Position numbers and translations under genes: made by a program
The notes under the pieces: generated by a model
What the model was told of the DNA's origin: nothing
What the model saw: only the letters and a program-made list of their open reading frames with translations
Database searches by the model: none
In this document: in pieces, positions 1-10,385 of the stretch
Layout: every line of letters starts with the position of its first letter
Position numbering within the stretch: position 1 is the first letter of the stretch
From: Patescibacteria group bacterium
GTDB lineage: Bacteria > Patescibacteriota > Minisyncoccia > Phycocordibacterales > SBAW01
Reading direction: 5' to 3'
Length of the DNA stretch: 64,000 nucleotides
Assembly: GCA_028871115.1 (NCBI GenBank)
Contig: JAGWOD010000002.1
Span: 2,144-66,143, forward strand

Positions 1-350
1 GCCGATACCATCAAGGAGGCTGTGAAGCGACAGCGATCCTGCCCGGAGATGGGCTCGTTCGTGTTCTGCCTCACCCGCTTCATGATGATGCCCTTGCAGA
101 ACCAGGAATCGATCGAGGAGAAGGTACAGAAAAAAACCGAGTGCGACAACAAAGGTTATCGTCGATAAGCTATATACCTTACTTCCTAGTTCAAGGGCTT
201 CCGGCAAGAGATCAAAGAATGCAACCGCAACAACAGCGCCAGCACTGAATCCAAGAATCAAATGCAGACTGTCTCGTAAACGCAGCGCCAAAAGCCCCCC
301 AAACATAGTGGCACAAAATGCACCAAATCCTATAAGCAATAAAGCCATAT
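1..350 (-). CDS. ZIP-family (ZupT-like) divalent metal transporter; N-terminal part only, C-terminus lies beyond the window start
   Basis: Minus-strand translation from the ATG at 348-350 gives MALLLIGFGAFCATMFGG...LHLILGFSAGAVVAVAFFDLLPEALELG...QGHHHEAGEAEH...HSLLDGIG. Hydrophobic helices, a His-rich loop and the HSxxDG motif are typical of ZIP transporters. It is absent from the ORF track because it runs off the edge. Confidence 0.6.
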
Positions 351-416
351 CTTTTTAATAATCATATTAACGTAAAAATTCGCCGAAGACACGCTGATGG
401 GTGCTACTATACCTCC

Positions 417-908
417 ATGAAATACGGAGCGAGAGAGCGATATATCCATCGAATTTTCGTCTGGGGGATATTGCTTAAGGCATTCGATGGGATACTAGAA
501 ATCCTCGGAGGTATCGGACTCCTTTTCAGCGGAGTACTTGCCAGTACTGCAATGAGATTGATCCAGAGCGAGCTCATAGAGGACCCCAAGGATTTTCTGG
601 CCACGAACCTACAGCATCTTCTCCCTATCATTCTTGCGAATTCAGGACTATTCCCGACTATATATCTCCTGAGCCACGGCATCATTAAACTTTTTCTTGT
701 TGTGGGCCTCCTGCGCGATAAAGTATGGGCATACCCAAGCGCTATCGTCGTGTTTGGTCTGTTCGTAATGTATCAACTCTATCGATACACATTTACACAT
801 TCGATATGGCTCCTCTTACTGACGGTGCTTGATCTTATAGTTATAGGGCTTACCTGGCACGAATATCGTTTTTTCAAAACATATCGGGTGTTCCCCGACA
901 CACACTAA
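417..908 (+). CDS. small multi-pass membrane protein (DUF2127-like)
   Basis: 163-aa ORF with several hydrophobic helices. The opposite-strand 92-aa ORF is less protein-like. Confidence 0.45.
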   Translation: MKYGARERYIHRIFVWGILLKAFDGILEILGGIGLLFSGVLASTAMRLIQSELIEDPKDFLATNLQHLLPIILANSGLFPTIYLLSHGIIKLFLVVGLLRDKVWAYPSAIVVFGLFVMYQLYRYTFTHSIWLLLLTVLDLIVIGLTWHEYRFFKTYRVFPDTH

Positions 909-915
909 ATCGAAC

Positions 916-2160
916 TCAGGAGAGTTTTTTAAGCAAGTGTTGTCTGTAGGCGCCCTCAAGCCGCTCAAGAGCAAGAGTAAATGCGCCTCGGCGCAAATCA
1001 GTATGGAGCCCTTCGGCCTTCGCGGCCACAAGAGCGCTCTGTTTCTCGAGAATGGTACGAAGTTTCCCGAGAACATCCGTTTCACTCCAATGTTCTCCCG
1101 CGAGATTTTGTTCCCATTCGAATGTGGAGACAATAACACCACCACTATTGGCAAGAATATCCGGCACGACAGGGATTCCCCGCCCCAGAAGCTCGTCATC
1201 CGCTTCCGGCGTCGTCGGACCGTTAGCAAGTTCCACGATCATCTTGGCCTTGATTCGAGAAGCATTGCGCGCCGTTATCTGATCTTCAAGAGCCGCAGGC
1301 AGGAGTACATCAACAGGAAGCTCAAGAAGCTCCTCATTGGATATTTTTTCTCCTCCTTGAAAGGCATCGAGAGAGCCATACTTTTTCTTGTGGTTTTGGA
1401 GAGCTGCGACATCAAGCCCTTTTTCGTTATACACAGCATTTTTGGAATCAGACATCGCGACAATAGGGTGGCCCGCTGAAGCGAAGATCTCCGCTGCATG
1501 GCCGCCGACATTGCCCATGCCCTGCACTGCAACACTAGAAGAGCGCGGAAGCGAGTGCTTGCCCCGCAGCGCTTCAAAGACATACCATCCGCCGATGCTC
1601 GTTGCTCGCTCGCGCCCCTCTGAGCCACCCCGGCTGAGTGGTTTGCCGGTAAAGGTGGCCCCGCTGCGGTCCCCGGTTATAGAAGCGTATTCCTCCTCCA
1701 TCCACGCCATAATTCCGGGTGTTGTATTGACGTCGGGCGCGGGTACATCGATGTGGGGTCCAATGACAGGTGCGAGGGCGCGGACCCATCCCCGGCTGAG
1801 ACGCTCGAGCTCAGCGTGCGAGAGTTTTTTTGGATCAACGGTAATGCCTCCCTTTCCTCCGCCCATAGGTATATCCGCGACGGCCGTCTTGAGCGTCATC
1901 CATAACGCGAGTGCGCGCACTTCATCCATATTGGTCTGGGGATGAAAACGGATTCCCCCTTTATACGGACCGCGCAGGCTTGAATGCTGGACTCGGTAGC
2001 CTTCAAGAAACCGAACCGAACCGTCATCCATACTAAGCGGAATGGAGACACTTATTTCACGCTCAGGCGTGCGAATGCGCTCAAGAAAATCCTTCCCTAC
2101 TGGAGCGAGCGCTGCAGCGCGGGCAATTTGCTGAAGTGCAACAGTAAAAGGATTATCCAT
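916..2160 (-). CDS. gdhA: NAD(P)-specific glutamate dehydrogenase
   Basis: Contains GGGKGG and the Glu/Leu/Phe/Val dehydrogenase signature. I place the start at the internal MDNPFT Met (2160) because the longer ORF-track start overlaps the downstream permease. Confidence 0.9.
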   Translation of the reverse strand: MDNPFTVALQQIARAAALAPVGKDFLERIRTPEREISVSIPLSMDDGSVRFLEGYRVQHSSLRGPYKGGIRFHPQTNMDEVRALALWMTLKTAVADIPMGGGKGGITVDPKKLSHAELERLSRGWVRALAPVIGPHIDVPAPDVNTTPGIMAWMEEEYASITGDRSGATFTGKPLSRGGSEGRERATSIGGWYVFEALRGKHSLPRSSSVAVQGMGNVGGHAAEIFASAGHPIVAMSDSKNAVYNEKGLDVAALQNHKKKYGSLDAFQGGEKISNEELLELPVDVLLPAALEDQITARNASRIKAKMIVELANGPTTPEADDELLGRGIPVVPDILANSGGVIVSTFEWEQNLAGEHWSETDVLGKLRTILEKQSALVAAKAEGLHTDLRRGAFTLALERLEGAYRQHLLKKLS

Positions 2161-2171
2161 AGAACACCTTT

Positions 2172-2948
2172 TTATTGCCGGAGCCCAAATCCCTTCTTGA
2201 GTAGATACCAGTTCATTGCGGCAAGTACTGCGGCGAAAAAGAGCAGCACCCCGAAGCATACCGAAAGCGGAGCGTCAGAGAGTCCGAGGAATCCATATCG
2301 AAAGCCATTGATGATATAGAAGATGGGATCAATCTGCGTCACGATGCCCCACGCTCCGGGAAGCGACGTCACGGAGTAGAACACTCCACCAAGGTAGAGG
2401 AGCGGAGTGAGAATGAAGGTCGGAATGATATTGATGCCATCTATGGAAGTGGCATACACACCGTTGACGAGCCCGCCGAGGGAAAATACAAGGCTCGTGA
2501 GAATAAGAAAGAGGATGATAACGGCGAGATTGAAAATGATGAGATGGGTGAAGAAGAGTGAAACACCGAGGACAAGTGCTCCGATGATGAGGCCGCGGAT
2601 AATGCCTCCCGATACGAATCCGGCAACAAGAATCCAAGGAGGTGTTGGTGAGACAAGAATCTCGTCAATGCTGCGAGCGAAGAATTTTGAAGCGAACATC
2701 GTGAAGGATGTGTTTGCGTAGGAGTTCATGACGACCGAGAGCATCACAAGCCCGGGAACGACGAACATAACGTAGGGTACGCCACTCACGTTCCCGATGC
2801 GCGAACCAAGAAATGAACCGAAGATGAGAAAGTAGAGGGTCGACGTGACGATTGAAGGAAGAAAGGTCTGCGGCCAAATTCTGAAGATGCGCACAATATC
2901 CTTGCGCACGATCGTATAAAAAGAAATCCATTGTTCGTAGGGAGTCAT
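2172..2948 (-). CDS. ABC-2 type transporter permease
   Basis: 258 aa with six predicted TM helices and an ABC-2 permease profile. Its stop overlaps the ATG of the upstream ATPase (ATGA). Confidence 0.8.
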   Translation of the reverse strand: MTPYEQWISFYTIVRKDIVRIFRIWPQTFLPSIVTSTLYFLIFGSFLGSRIGNVSGVPYVMFVVPGLVMLSVVMNSYANTSFTMFASKFFARSIDEILVSPTPPWILVAGFVSGGIIRGLIIGALVLGVSLFFTHLIIFNLAVIILFLILTSLVFSLGGLVNGVYATSIDGINIIPTFILTPLLYLGGVFYSVTSLPGAWGIVTQIDPIFYIINGFRYGFLGLSDAPLSVCFGVLLFFAAVLAAMNWYLLKKGFGLRQ

Positions 2949-3697
2949 GATTGGGTGAGTTGTAGAAACACTTCTTCAAGACGTCCGCCCCGCAGTTTTC
3001 CTGTGTGGGCTGATTCATCGTGCAGCGCGAGAATTTCCTCCATGGAGCCCTGCGCCACGATGCTGCCTTTGTTGATGATGGCTACATGTTTAGCGAGGCG
3101 CTCGGCCTCTTCAAGATAATGAGTGGTAAGGAGTATTGTAATCCCCTGCTGCGTGAGTCCCGTCAGATACCCCCACATACTTCGGCGCAGCTCCACATCG
3201 ACGCCTGCTGTCGGCTCATCGAGAATAAGAAAGCGCGGCTCATGGATGAGGGCGCGGGCAATCATAAGCCGGCGCTGCATGCCGCCGGAGAGACGCTGCG
3301 CGGGCTCATAGCGCTTCTCATACAGATTAAGGTCGGCAAGAATTTTCTCCGCTCGTGGAAGCGCCCGTGAGCGCGGAACGCCATAGTACCCGGCCTGATT
3401 GACGACAATGTCGATGACTTTCTCGAAAATATTAATGTTGAGATTTTGAGGAACAACGCCGATGTAGGTGCGGGCCTGCTCAGGCTCTCGGTCGATGTTC
3501 GCTCCAAATACCTCTACCTCCCCCGCACTCTTATTGACGAGTCCCGTGACAATCCCGATGAGCGTCGTCTTACCTGCGCCGTTGGGACCGAGAAGCGCGA
3601 AGAAATCCCCGGGAGGCATCTCAAGGGACACACCATCGAGCGCTCGGGTGCCACCCGCGTAGGTCTTCTCAAGATTTTTTATTGAAAGCGCGTTCAC
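2945..3697 (-). CDS. ABC transporter ATP-binding protein
   Basis: Walker A GPNGAGKTT, the LSGGMQRR signature, Walker B ILDEPT and an H-loop are present. Confidence 0.9.
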   Translation of the reverse strand: MNALSIKNLEKTYAGGTRALDGVSLEMPPGDFFALLGPNGAGKTTLIGIVTGLVNKSAGEVEVFGANIDREPEQARTYIGVVPQNLNINIFEKVIDIVVNQAGYYGVPRSRALPRAEKILADLNLYEKRYEPAQRLSGGMQRRLMIARALIHEPRFLILDEPTAGVDVELRRSMWGYLTGLTQQGITILLTTHYLEEAERLAKHVAIINKGSIVAQGSMEEILALHDESAHTGKLRGGRLEEVFLQLTQS

Positions 3698-3751
3698 AAA
3701 ATTTTCCGTGGATGGGTAAACCCCGTGCGGGAGTATTGTATCAAAATCTGC

Positions 3752-4951
3752 TCAGTGGAGCTTCGGCAAAAGACTCCAGAGACGGGGATCTTCCCGACCA
3801 TCGATTTTGAAGATTGCGACACCTCGCACGCCCAAGGTCTCTGCGAGATAGAGCTTATCGCCAATTGCACCTGCATCGCTCCACCAGACGATATTGAAAG
3901 ATGAAGCCGTGGAAGCAGTTGAGGAAGTGTTGGAGTATGTCGTTGTCGCATTCTGAAGCGAGGTGGTTGGGGTGATATCAGGAGTAGTGTCGGTCATAGA
4001 CGTCGGGGTATAGGTAAAGCTCAACTCTCCTGCGGAATTGCGTGTCGGAGTTATCCCGAGAGATTGAGCGAGCGCTGTTGCGTAATCCGGATCGAAGGCC
4101 CATTGTAGATTGTATTGGTAGCCCTCTTGGAGCGGAACCACTTGATATTCGTAGCCGTAGGTTGCGACACCGATCTCAATTTTTCGCCTCGAAATACTCT
4201 GCGCGGCGAGATTTACGACCGCGCTTACCCATTGTGGATCGGCAATAGGCATATACAGGCCCTGCTGCGCTTCGTTGAGTTTGACGTCCACAGTGTCTTG
4301 ATCGTAGGTCATGAGGCTAACCCGGTCACAGTACTTATTAATGGCAGTGAAATCATTGGCATACTCTGTGGCATCGGCAGGTGGAGTTCCATCATAGCGG
4401 TCTGAGACCGGGGTGCGTGCCTCGATAGTACACACTACCCATTTATTGCCCATACGAGCATAGAGGCCTTTGAGAAAGAGGGAGAAGTAGTTCTTGTCCT
4501 GAGCCTCTTTACCCTCAAAATCAATATCAATGCCGTTGAAGTTTTGTTGAAACGCGAGGGTGGCGATAGTTTTCTCGAGCGCGATGCGCGAGGTGGTATT
4601 GCTGAGGATATTGTTGATGGCCGTGGTGTCGCTCCACATGACGGTCGGCACCACGAGTACACCTTTCGCCTTAGCAGCCGCTATGAGCGTCGACCAGGGC
4701 GGAGAGTCAATGCCCATAGGATCGTAGAGCGTACCATCCGGCTGCACAATATATCCGAATGGGTTTATCTCGGAGAGATAATTGAGGTGCGCGAGTGCGT
4801 CCGCAGTGCCGGTTGCAGAGCTCCAATACGGGATCCATGCGGAAACCTCAAGCGCGGGAGATTTGCTGACACTCGCGGCCTGAGATATCGCAGGCGCTAG
4901 AAACATTACAAGAGCAGCAAATGAAAAGAGAGCAGCCAAGAGAGAGCGCAT
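3752..4951 (-). CDS. secreted glycoside hydrolase family 18-like protein with Ser/Thr-rich linker
   Basis: Signal peptide MRSLLAALFSFAALVMFLAPAISQA. NGIDIDFEG matches the GH18 DGxDxDWE catalytic motif (with N and F substitutions). A Thr/Ser-rich insert lies near the C-terminus. Confidence 0.6.
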   Translation of the reverse strand: MRSLLAALFSFAALVMFLAPAISQAASVSKSPALEVSAWIPYWSSATGTADALAHLNYLSEINPFGYIVQPDGTLYDPMGIDSPPWSTLIAAAKAKGVLVVPTVMWSDTTAINNILSNTTSRIALEKTIATLAFQQNFNGIDIDFEGKEAQDKNYFSLFLKGLYARMGNKWVVCTIEARTPVSDRYDGTPPADATEYANDFTAINKYCDRVSLMTYDQDTVDVKLNEAQQGLYMPIADPQWVSAVVNLAAQSISRRKIEIGVATYGYEYQVVPLQEGYQYNLQWAFDPDYATALAQSLGITPTRNSAGELSFTYTPTSMTDTTPDITPTTSLQNATTTYSNTSSTASTASSFNIVWWSDAGAIGDKLYLAETLGVRGVAIFKIDGREDPRLWSLLPKLH

Positions 4952-5070
4952 GCATGTATTGTACGCGTCAGGGCCTTCCTATACTAGTTTTCAGCGTCGC
5001 TATTTAGTCTCACAATGTCTTTCTATGCTCATCGCGTATAATAAAGCTGTTCTTGCGAGCCCCATAAAGC

Positions 5071-5712
5071 ATGTCCGACCCCGTCATCGCCCATGCATAC
5101 CTCATCCTCATTCCTCTCGCCATTCTCGAGGGACCGCTCCTTGCTATTGCCTGCGGCGTGGGCGCAGGGCTAGGGTACCTCAATCCCCTCCTCGCTTACG
5201 GAATCTTAATCCTAGGCGATGTGATACCGGACAACATGTATTACTGGATCGGCCGGTATGGAGCGACCCTCACCTGGGTTCGCCGCACCGCCGCACGTAC
5301 ACATCTCATCCGCAGGCACTTCATCTCTCTTGAGCGTTTGTGGCGAGAGCGGCCTCTTACGACGCTCTCCGCAGCAAAACTCTCCTACGGCCTTACTCCC
5401 CCTCTTGTTGTGAGTGCGGGACTAAGTGGGGTCCCCTACTCTCGTTTCGCTTCAGCCTCCCTTTTCATCGGAGCGATATATCTCGGGATGCTCGGCGCAG
5501 TAGGGTACGTGCTCTCACACGCATACGGCTACATTAACGTATCAACGGGAAACGCCGGATTCTATGTCGGCATAGCAGGCTTCGCCTGTTTCTGTTTTTT
5601 ACTATCGGTGATGTATCATGCCCACCGACATATTTCGCGCGAAAGTCGCGAGCAAGGCATTGCGGAAAGTTACCTTATCTCAAAAGAAGATATTCCCAAG
5701 GGAGCAGACTAA
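5071..5712 (+). CDS. DedA/SNARE-associated (VTT domain) membrane protein
   Basis: LEGPLL...G...D...YxxGRxG pattern plus multiple TM helices. Confidence 0.7.
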   Translation: MSDPVIAHAYLILIPLAILEGPLLAIACGVGAGLGYLNPLLAYGILILGDVIPDNMYYWIGRYGATLTWVRRTAARTHLIRRHFISLERLWRERPLTTLSAAKLSYGLTPPLVVSAGLSGVPYSRFASASLFIGAIYLGMLGAVGYVLSHAYGYINVSTGNAGFYVGIAGFACFCFLLSVMYHAHRHISRESREQGIAESYLISKEDIPKGAD

Positions 5713-5775
5713 CCTCTCTTTGAAATAGCCCGTTTGCTATACTGAGAGTACTTACTAGCTAGTGCCTTTTTATAC

Positions 5776-6258
5776 ATGAAAGCATCTACATGGGTTTGGA
5801 TAGTCATCGTTATTCTCATTATCGCGGGAGGAGTTTGGTGGTGGTTGAGCTCTCAGAATCCTGCCACTGCCCCTTACTCAAACACCTCGCAGAGTACCTC
5901 AACTTCAAGTGGTAATGGGGGTAATGTAGCGCTTGGGGAGAATACCAGCGCCTCGGTCGGAACCTATCTCATCGCAAGCAACGGCATGACACTCTACACG
6001 TATGCCGATGATTCAACGGGAGTTTCCAATTGCGCGGGAGCGTGCGCACAGAAGTGGCCTCCCTATACTGTCACGTCGGCTACAAGCCTCGTCGCAGAGT
6101 CACCGATAGGAGGAATGCTCGGTACCATAGTGCGAGCCGACGGAAGTCTCCAGGTCACCTATAACGGAATGCCCCTCTACTTTTATACAGGAGATACATC
6201 ACCCGGAAATACCAACGGTGAAGGTATAGGAAACCTCTGGTACGTCGCTAAACCCTAG
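5776..6258 (+). CDS. secreted lipoprotein-like protein with Yx(FWY)xxD repeats (COG4315 type)
   Basis: N-terminal TM/signal segment, then two LYTYADD / LYFYTGD repeats and a CAGAC motif. Confidence 0.6.
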   Translation: MKASTWVWIVIVILIIAGGVWWWLSSQNPATAPYSNTSQSTSTSSGNGGNVALGENTSASVGTYLIASNGMTLYTYADDSTGVSNCAGACAQKWPPYTVTSATSLVAESPIGGMLGTIVRADGSLQVTYNGMPLYFYTGDTSPGNTNGEGIGNLWYVAKP

Positions 6259-6259
6259 G

Positions 6260-6877
6260 CTAGAGAATGAACGGAATAAATCGCTTAGTCCTAGCAACAT
6301 AGGCGGGATAGTCATTCGGGAACTGCGCAAGCATAATCCGCTCCTCTACCGTGCTGCTATAAATGAAATAGAGTGCGAAGAAGCCACCAATGATGAGCCA
6401 GTACGCGGTAGTTGCAAAAGCCGATCCAAGAACGGCAAGAATAAAACCGGTATAGATGGGATGCCGCACGAAGGTGTAGGGACCTGACGTGACGAGTTCA
6501 GGATCTTTTTTGAGTGACATGGGCATGCCCCAGTTGCGGCCCAGATATATGCGCGCCCAAATGGCAAAGGCTATACCTGCCATAGCAATGAAGAGGCCGA
6601 GAGTTTCAAACGCTATATTCGGGAACAGTGGTCCCACGGCAAATACTCTCACTGATTTTATCTGGAAGAGAAGAACAATCACAATAATCATGAGGACACG
6701 CTCTCCCCATCCTGCGGCACTTCTGCGCGCGTAGCTTTTAGAGCTAAACGATGAGACGAACCAATAGATTAAGAATGCAAACCACAAGAAATCGATAATA
6801 AGTTCGATGATGTTCATATACCAGCATAGTTTAGCATTCTTGCTATTTCTCCACAGCGGAAAAATAACCTTGGACAA
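6260..6877 (-). CDS. isoprenylcysteine carboxyl methyltransferase / phospholipid methyltransferase family membrane protein
   Basis: GPYTFVRHPIYTGFIL (RHPxY) motif with multiple TM helices. The true start may be the internal MNIIEL Met near 6817. Confidence 0.7.
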   Translation of the reverse strand: MSKVIFPLWRNSKNAKLCWYMNIIELIIDFLWFAFLIYWFVSSFSSKSYARRSAAGWGERVLMIIVIVLLFQIKSVRVFAVGPLFPNIAFETLGLFIAMAGIAFAIWARIYLGRNWGMPMSLKKDPELVTSGPYTFVRHPIYTGFILAVLGSAFATTAYWLIIGGFFALYFIYSSTVEERIMLAQFPNDYPAYVARTKRFIPFIL

Positions 6878-6917
6878 AAGAGCGTATCATGGATGTATTA
6901 CTCTTTAACATTTTTGC

Positions 6918-7340
6918 ATGTCATATCGTGGTCTCCGCGAAGCAGCTAAATTTTGTGCCGGAATCGTAACGGCTGATCTGCTTACCGTCCTGTGGATGTG
7001 GTCCAATAATCTCTTTCCCTTCCAAATATGGGGAGTCACCTGGACAAGCAGTGTGGTACTGCCCGGTGTCATATTCGATCTCGCGGTCATTATCTTTCTT
7101 GTCCATTATGGGTGGCACCTTGGCAAAATACCCCGCCCACGCGAGCGCACCTATCTCCTTGTTGCAGGAGTGATTTTCACGATCATCGCCCTGGCACACC
7201 TCACCCGGATCTTCACGCAAGGAAGCCTCGTTATCTTCAACTGGAGCGTGCCGCTGTGGCTCTCTTGGATCGGAACAATCGTCACTGCCTATCTTGCCTA
7301 CGCAAGCTTCCACTTCGCTACCACGCGATCGAGACGATAA
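6918..7340 (+). CDS. hypothetical multi-pass membrane protein
   Basis: The 140-aa hydrophobic ORF is more protein-like than the antisense ORF 6921..7313. Confidence 0.35.
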   Translation: MSYRGLREAAKFCAGIVTADLLTVLWMWSNNLFPFQIWGVTWTSSVVLPGVIFDLAVIIFLVHYGWHLGKIPRPRERTYLLVAGVIFTIIALAHLTRIFTQGSLVIFNWSVPLWLSWIGTIVTAYLAYASFHFATTRSRR

Positions 7341-7348
7341 AGGGAGTC

Positions 7349-9133
7349 CTACGCATTTCGGTCGCGCATATTCTTAGTGAGTATTTGTTTACGCAGACGC
7401 ACGGACTTCGGCGTGATTTCGAGGTATTCATCTTCATTCATCACCTCGAGCCCGCGCTCTATCGTGAGTAAAAATGGCGGCACAAGCTGTATAGACTCGT
7501 CGGAGCCCGACGCACGCATGTTCGTGAGCTGCTTCCCTTTTGTCGGATTGACATACATTTCCTCGCCCTTGGAGGTATTGCCAATAACCATTCCTTCATA
7601 GATTTCAGTACCGGGGCCGATGTAGAGCACGCCGCGCTCTTGCAAATTCCACAGGGCAAACCCTAAAGCCTTACCATTCATCATGGAAACCATAGATCCC
7701 ACTGCGCGTCGTGTGATATCCCCCGCGTAGGGGCGAAACTCAATAAAGCGCGAAGAAAAAATACCTTCGCCTTTGGTATCAAGAACAAATTGGCTCCGAT
7801 ACCCCAAGAGTCCGCGAGAAGGTCCTTCTAATGTGAGCCGCAGGGACCCATCATGGTGTTTAATATCTTTCAGTACTATTTTTCGCGATCCGAGGCGCTC
7901 GATGATGGCACCCTGGTAGGCGCTCGGGATATCGATAATAACTTCTTCAAACGGCTCAAGTCGCTCGCCGTTCTCTCCGCTATGAAAAATAACCTGCGGT
8001 TGCGAAACCTGGCACTCATACCCTTCACGACGCATATGCTCAAGCAAAATCGAAATATGAAGCTCTCCACGGCCGCTTACCTTGAAGGCTTCGGCTTGGG
8101 AGAAATCTATTTTAAGACCGACATTGACCTGAAGTTCGCGCTCAAGTCGCTCGCGCAGCTGGCGTGAAGTGACAAACTTTCCTTCACGACCGGCAAAGGG
8201 AGAACTGTTCACCAAAAAATTAAGGGTAATCGTCGGTTCATCTACCGCAATGGCAGGCAATAATGTAACCTCGGCGCTCCTTGCTATGGTGTCACCAATG
8301 TCAATGTCACCGAGTCCCGCTATGAGCACAATGTCTCCAGCAACCGCTTCAGAGACTTCCACACGCTCAAGCCCCAAGAACGAAAATAGTTTTGTCACCT
8401 TCGCGCGACGCGGCTCATGGGTGGTACTCATAACAAACACCTGCTCACCCGTTGCAATTTTTCCTTCATACAAACGCGCCACCGCGAGACGGCCAAGAAA
8501 ATTATCGTACCCAAGATTAAACGGCTGCGCGCGCAGGAGCTTCTTCTCCAACTCTGGAGAAGACGCAGAAGGGACATGCTCGTAAATCGTCTCAAGAAGC
8601 GGTGTCAGATCCTTCGAAGCATCTTCGAGCCGTCGCTTGGCAATGCCTTCGCGGCCAATCGCGTAGACAACCGGAAAATTACTTTGCTCGTCGTTAGCAC
8701 CAAGCTCCAAAAAAAGCTCAAGCACCTGTTCCTCGCAGCGCTTAGGATCGGCCGCAGGCTTGTCTATTTTATTGATAATAACGATAGGACGAAGCCCAAG
8801 CTCCAAGGACTTCTTTAAGACGAAACGCGTCTGCGGCATCGGACCCTCTTGGGCATCGACAACAAGGAGCACGCAGTCAATAGAGCGCAGTACCCGCTCG
8901 ACTTCAGAGCCGAAGTCGGCATGACCGGGCGTATCAACGATGTTTATCTTTGTATTGCGATACTCAACTGCCGCATTTTTCGCATAAATCGTAATACCAC
9001 GCTCACGTTCAAGATCATTTGAATCCATCGAGACGCCTTCCTTCGTGACGCCACACTGGCGCAAGAGCGCATCAGTAAGGGTCGTCTTACCGTGGTCGAC
9101 GTGGGCGATAATAGCGATATTCCGTATCTCCAT
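7349..9133 (-). CDS. typA: translational GTPase TypA/BipA
   Basis: AHVDHGKTTL G1 motif, DTPGHADF and NKIDK motifs. Length is 594 aa with EF-G-like C-terminal domains. Confidence 0.95.
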   Translation of the reverse strand: MEIRNIAIIAHVDHGKTTLTDALLRQCGVTKEGVSMDSNDLERERGITIYAKNAAVEYRNTKINIVDTPGHADFGSEVERVLRSIDCVLLVVDAQEGPMPQTRFVLKKSLELGLRPIVIINKIDKPAADPKRCEEQVLELFLELGANDEQSNFPVVYAIGREGIAKRRLEDASKDLTPLLETIYEHVPSASSPELEKKLLRAQPFNLGYDNFLGRLAVARLYEGKIATGEQVFVMSTTHEPRRAKVTKLFSFLGLERVEVSEAVAGDIVLIAGLGDIDIGDTIARSAEVTLLPAIAVDEPTITLNFLVNSSPFAGREGKFVTSRQLRERLERELQVNVGLKIDFSQAEAFKVSGRGELHISILLEHMRREGYECQVSQPQVIFHSGENGERLEPFEEVIIDIPSAYQGAIIERLGSRKIVLKDIKHHDGSLRLTLEGPSRGLLGYRSQFVLDTKGEGIFSSRFIEFRPYAGDITRRAVGSMVSMMNGKALGFALWNLQERGVLYIGPGTEIYEGMVIGNTSKGEEMYVNPTKGKQLTNMRASGSDESIQLVPPFLLTIERGLEVMNEDEYLEITPKSVRLRKQILTKNMRDRNA

Positions 9134-9196
9134 AATAAAAAGGCCCGGCTGGCCTTAGAAGCCAAGCATATCATTTTTCAGCCCAAAAAGAAATTA

Positions 9197-9214
9197 TCAT
9201 CCTCTTCTTAAGAA
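9197..9214. terminator. perfect 18-nt palindrome CCTCTTCTTAAGAAGAGG within a larger AGCCCAAA...TTTGGGCT inverted repeat
   Basis: Seen directly in the sequence. It lies between the ABC operon end (9268) and the typA start (9133). It may be a terminator or an operator. Confidence 0.4.
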
Positions 9215-9267
9215 GAGGTTTGGGCTGCGCAGTGAGACTTCTCAGCAGTATTTTCGTATTGGCCCGA

Positions 9268-10380
9268 CTAGGACCAGCGAAAAACACGGAACGCTATGAC
9301 GTAGATAACTACCGTCCATACGAGTAGCAACCCGAGCTGCGGGCCGATATCGGTGAGATGTTTCCCTTGTGTAGCTATCATGCGCAAGCCATCGATGATG
9401 GGCGTGAGCGGAAAATAGGTCGAGATGCCCTGAAGCCACCCCGGCATGAGAAAGCGCGGGAAGAATGTCCCGGAGAGAAACATCATTGGAAAGACGATGA
9501 TGTTTGAGAGCGGCGCAGCCTGGCTTTGATCTTTTGCCCAGCCGCCGACCGCAAGCCCTATCCCCAACATCGTGATGATGGAAAGAATGAGATAGACAAA
9601 CAGCTCAAAATAATTACCCACCACTTGTAAATGGAAAATTAATATCGCACATAAAAACATTGCTGCGATAGTGAGAAGCCCCACTGCGCACTGCGAGAGC
9701 GCGGTAGCCACAAAATATTGCCAGACCTTAAGCGGGGTGGTCTCGAGCCGGCGCAAGACCCCCTGTTTTTTTAGCTCAGGGAAAATATTGACCGGTCCGA
9801 ATATGCCAATGCCTAAGAGCGCAAAACCAAGTAGCCCAGCAAACGTGTAGTCAAAAGAGGTAAGTCCCTGGGTGCCTGTCTCTTGCACCGAGACACCAAA
9901 GGGCATTGCGGTCGTGACGAATTGCCCATTAAGGGGCTGTAGCGCCGCCTGAATCACTGACTCAAGGGCTTGGGCCTCCTGTGCATTGGTGTAGGGATAA
10001 TAAATGACCGCTGCTCCGCTGGGGGTTGAAGAACCTGCGGCAGTTTGCCCGAAGCTTGCGGGCAACACTACCGCGGCATCGAGAGTGCCGTTGGCCATCT
10101 GTACTTGAGCATCGCTGAGCGTCGTTATCTTCGTATTTATTTTAAAGACGCTGACGCTAGCGAGATTTGTGCTCATCTGTGCAGCTATAGGACTTTGAGA
10201 TTCGTTTATAAGCGCAATGTTGAAGGATATGTTGTTACCGGCGTTGCCAAAGATACCCCCGAGCACAAACAGAATGATGAGGGGAAACAGCAGACCAAAG
10301 AAAATCGCCACGCGATTGCGAAAAAAACGTTTCGTATTGACATAGGCGAATACAAAAACAGTGTATAGAGATTGTTTCAT
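9268..10380 (-). CDS. ABC-2 type transporter permease
   Basis: 370 aa with an N-terminal TM, a large extracytoplasmic loop and five C-terminal TMs. It sits directly downstream of an ABC ATPase. Confidence 0.75.
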   Translation of the reverse strand: MKQSLYTVFVFAYVNTKRFFRNRVAIFFGLLFPLIILFVLGGIFGNAGNNISFNIALINESQSPIAAQMSTNLASVSVFKINTKITTLSDAQVQMANGTLDAAVVLPASFGQTAAGSSTPSGAAVIYYPYTNAQEAQALESVIQAALQPLNGQFVTTAMPFGVSVQETGTQGLTSFDYTFAGLLGFALLGIGIFGPVNIFPELKKQGVLRRLETTPLKVWQYFVATALSQCAVGLLTIAAMFLCAILIFHLQVVGNYFELFVYLILSIITMLGIGLAVGGWAKDQSQAAPLSNIIVFPMMFLSGTFFPRFLMPGWLQGISTYFPLTPIIDGLRMIATQGKHLTDIGPQLGLLLVWTVVIYVIAFRVFRWS

Positions 10381-10385
10381 ATAAA

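Noticed and set aside
1388-1945. ORFs antisense to gdhA (1052..1282, 1388..1945, 1984..2319, 1275..1628)
   Set aside because: They are fully embedded in the strongly supported glutamate dehydrogenase gene on the opposite strand.
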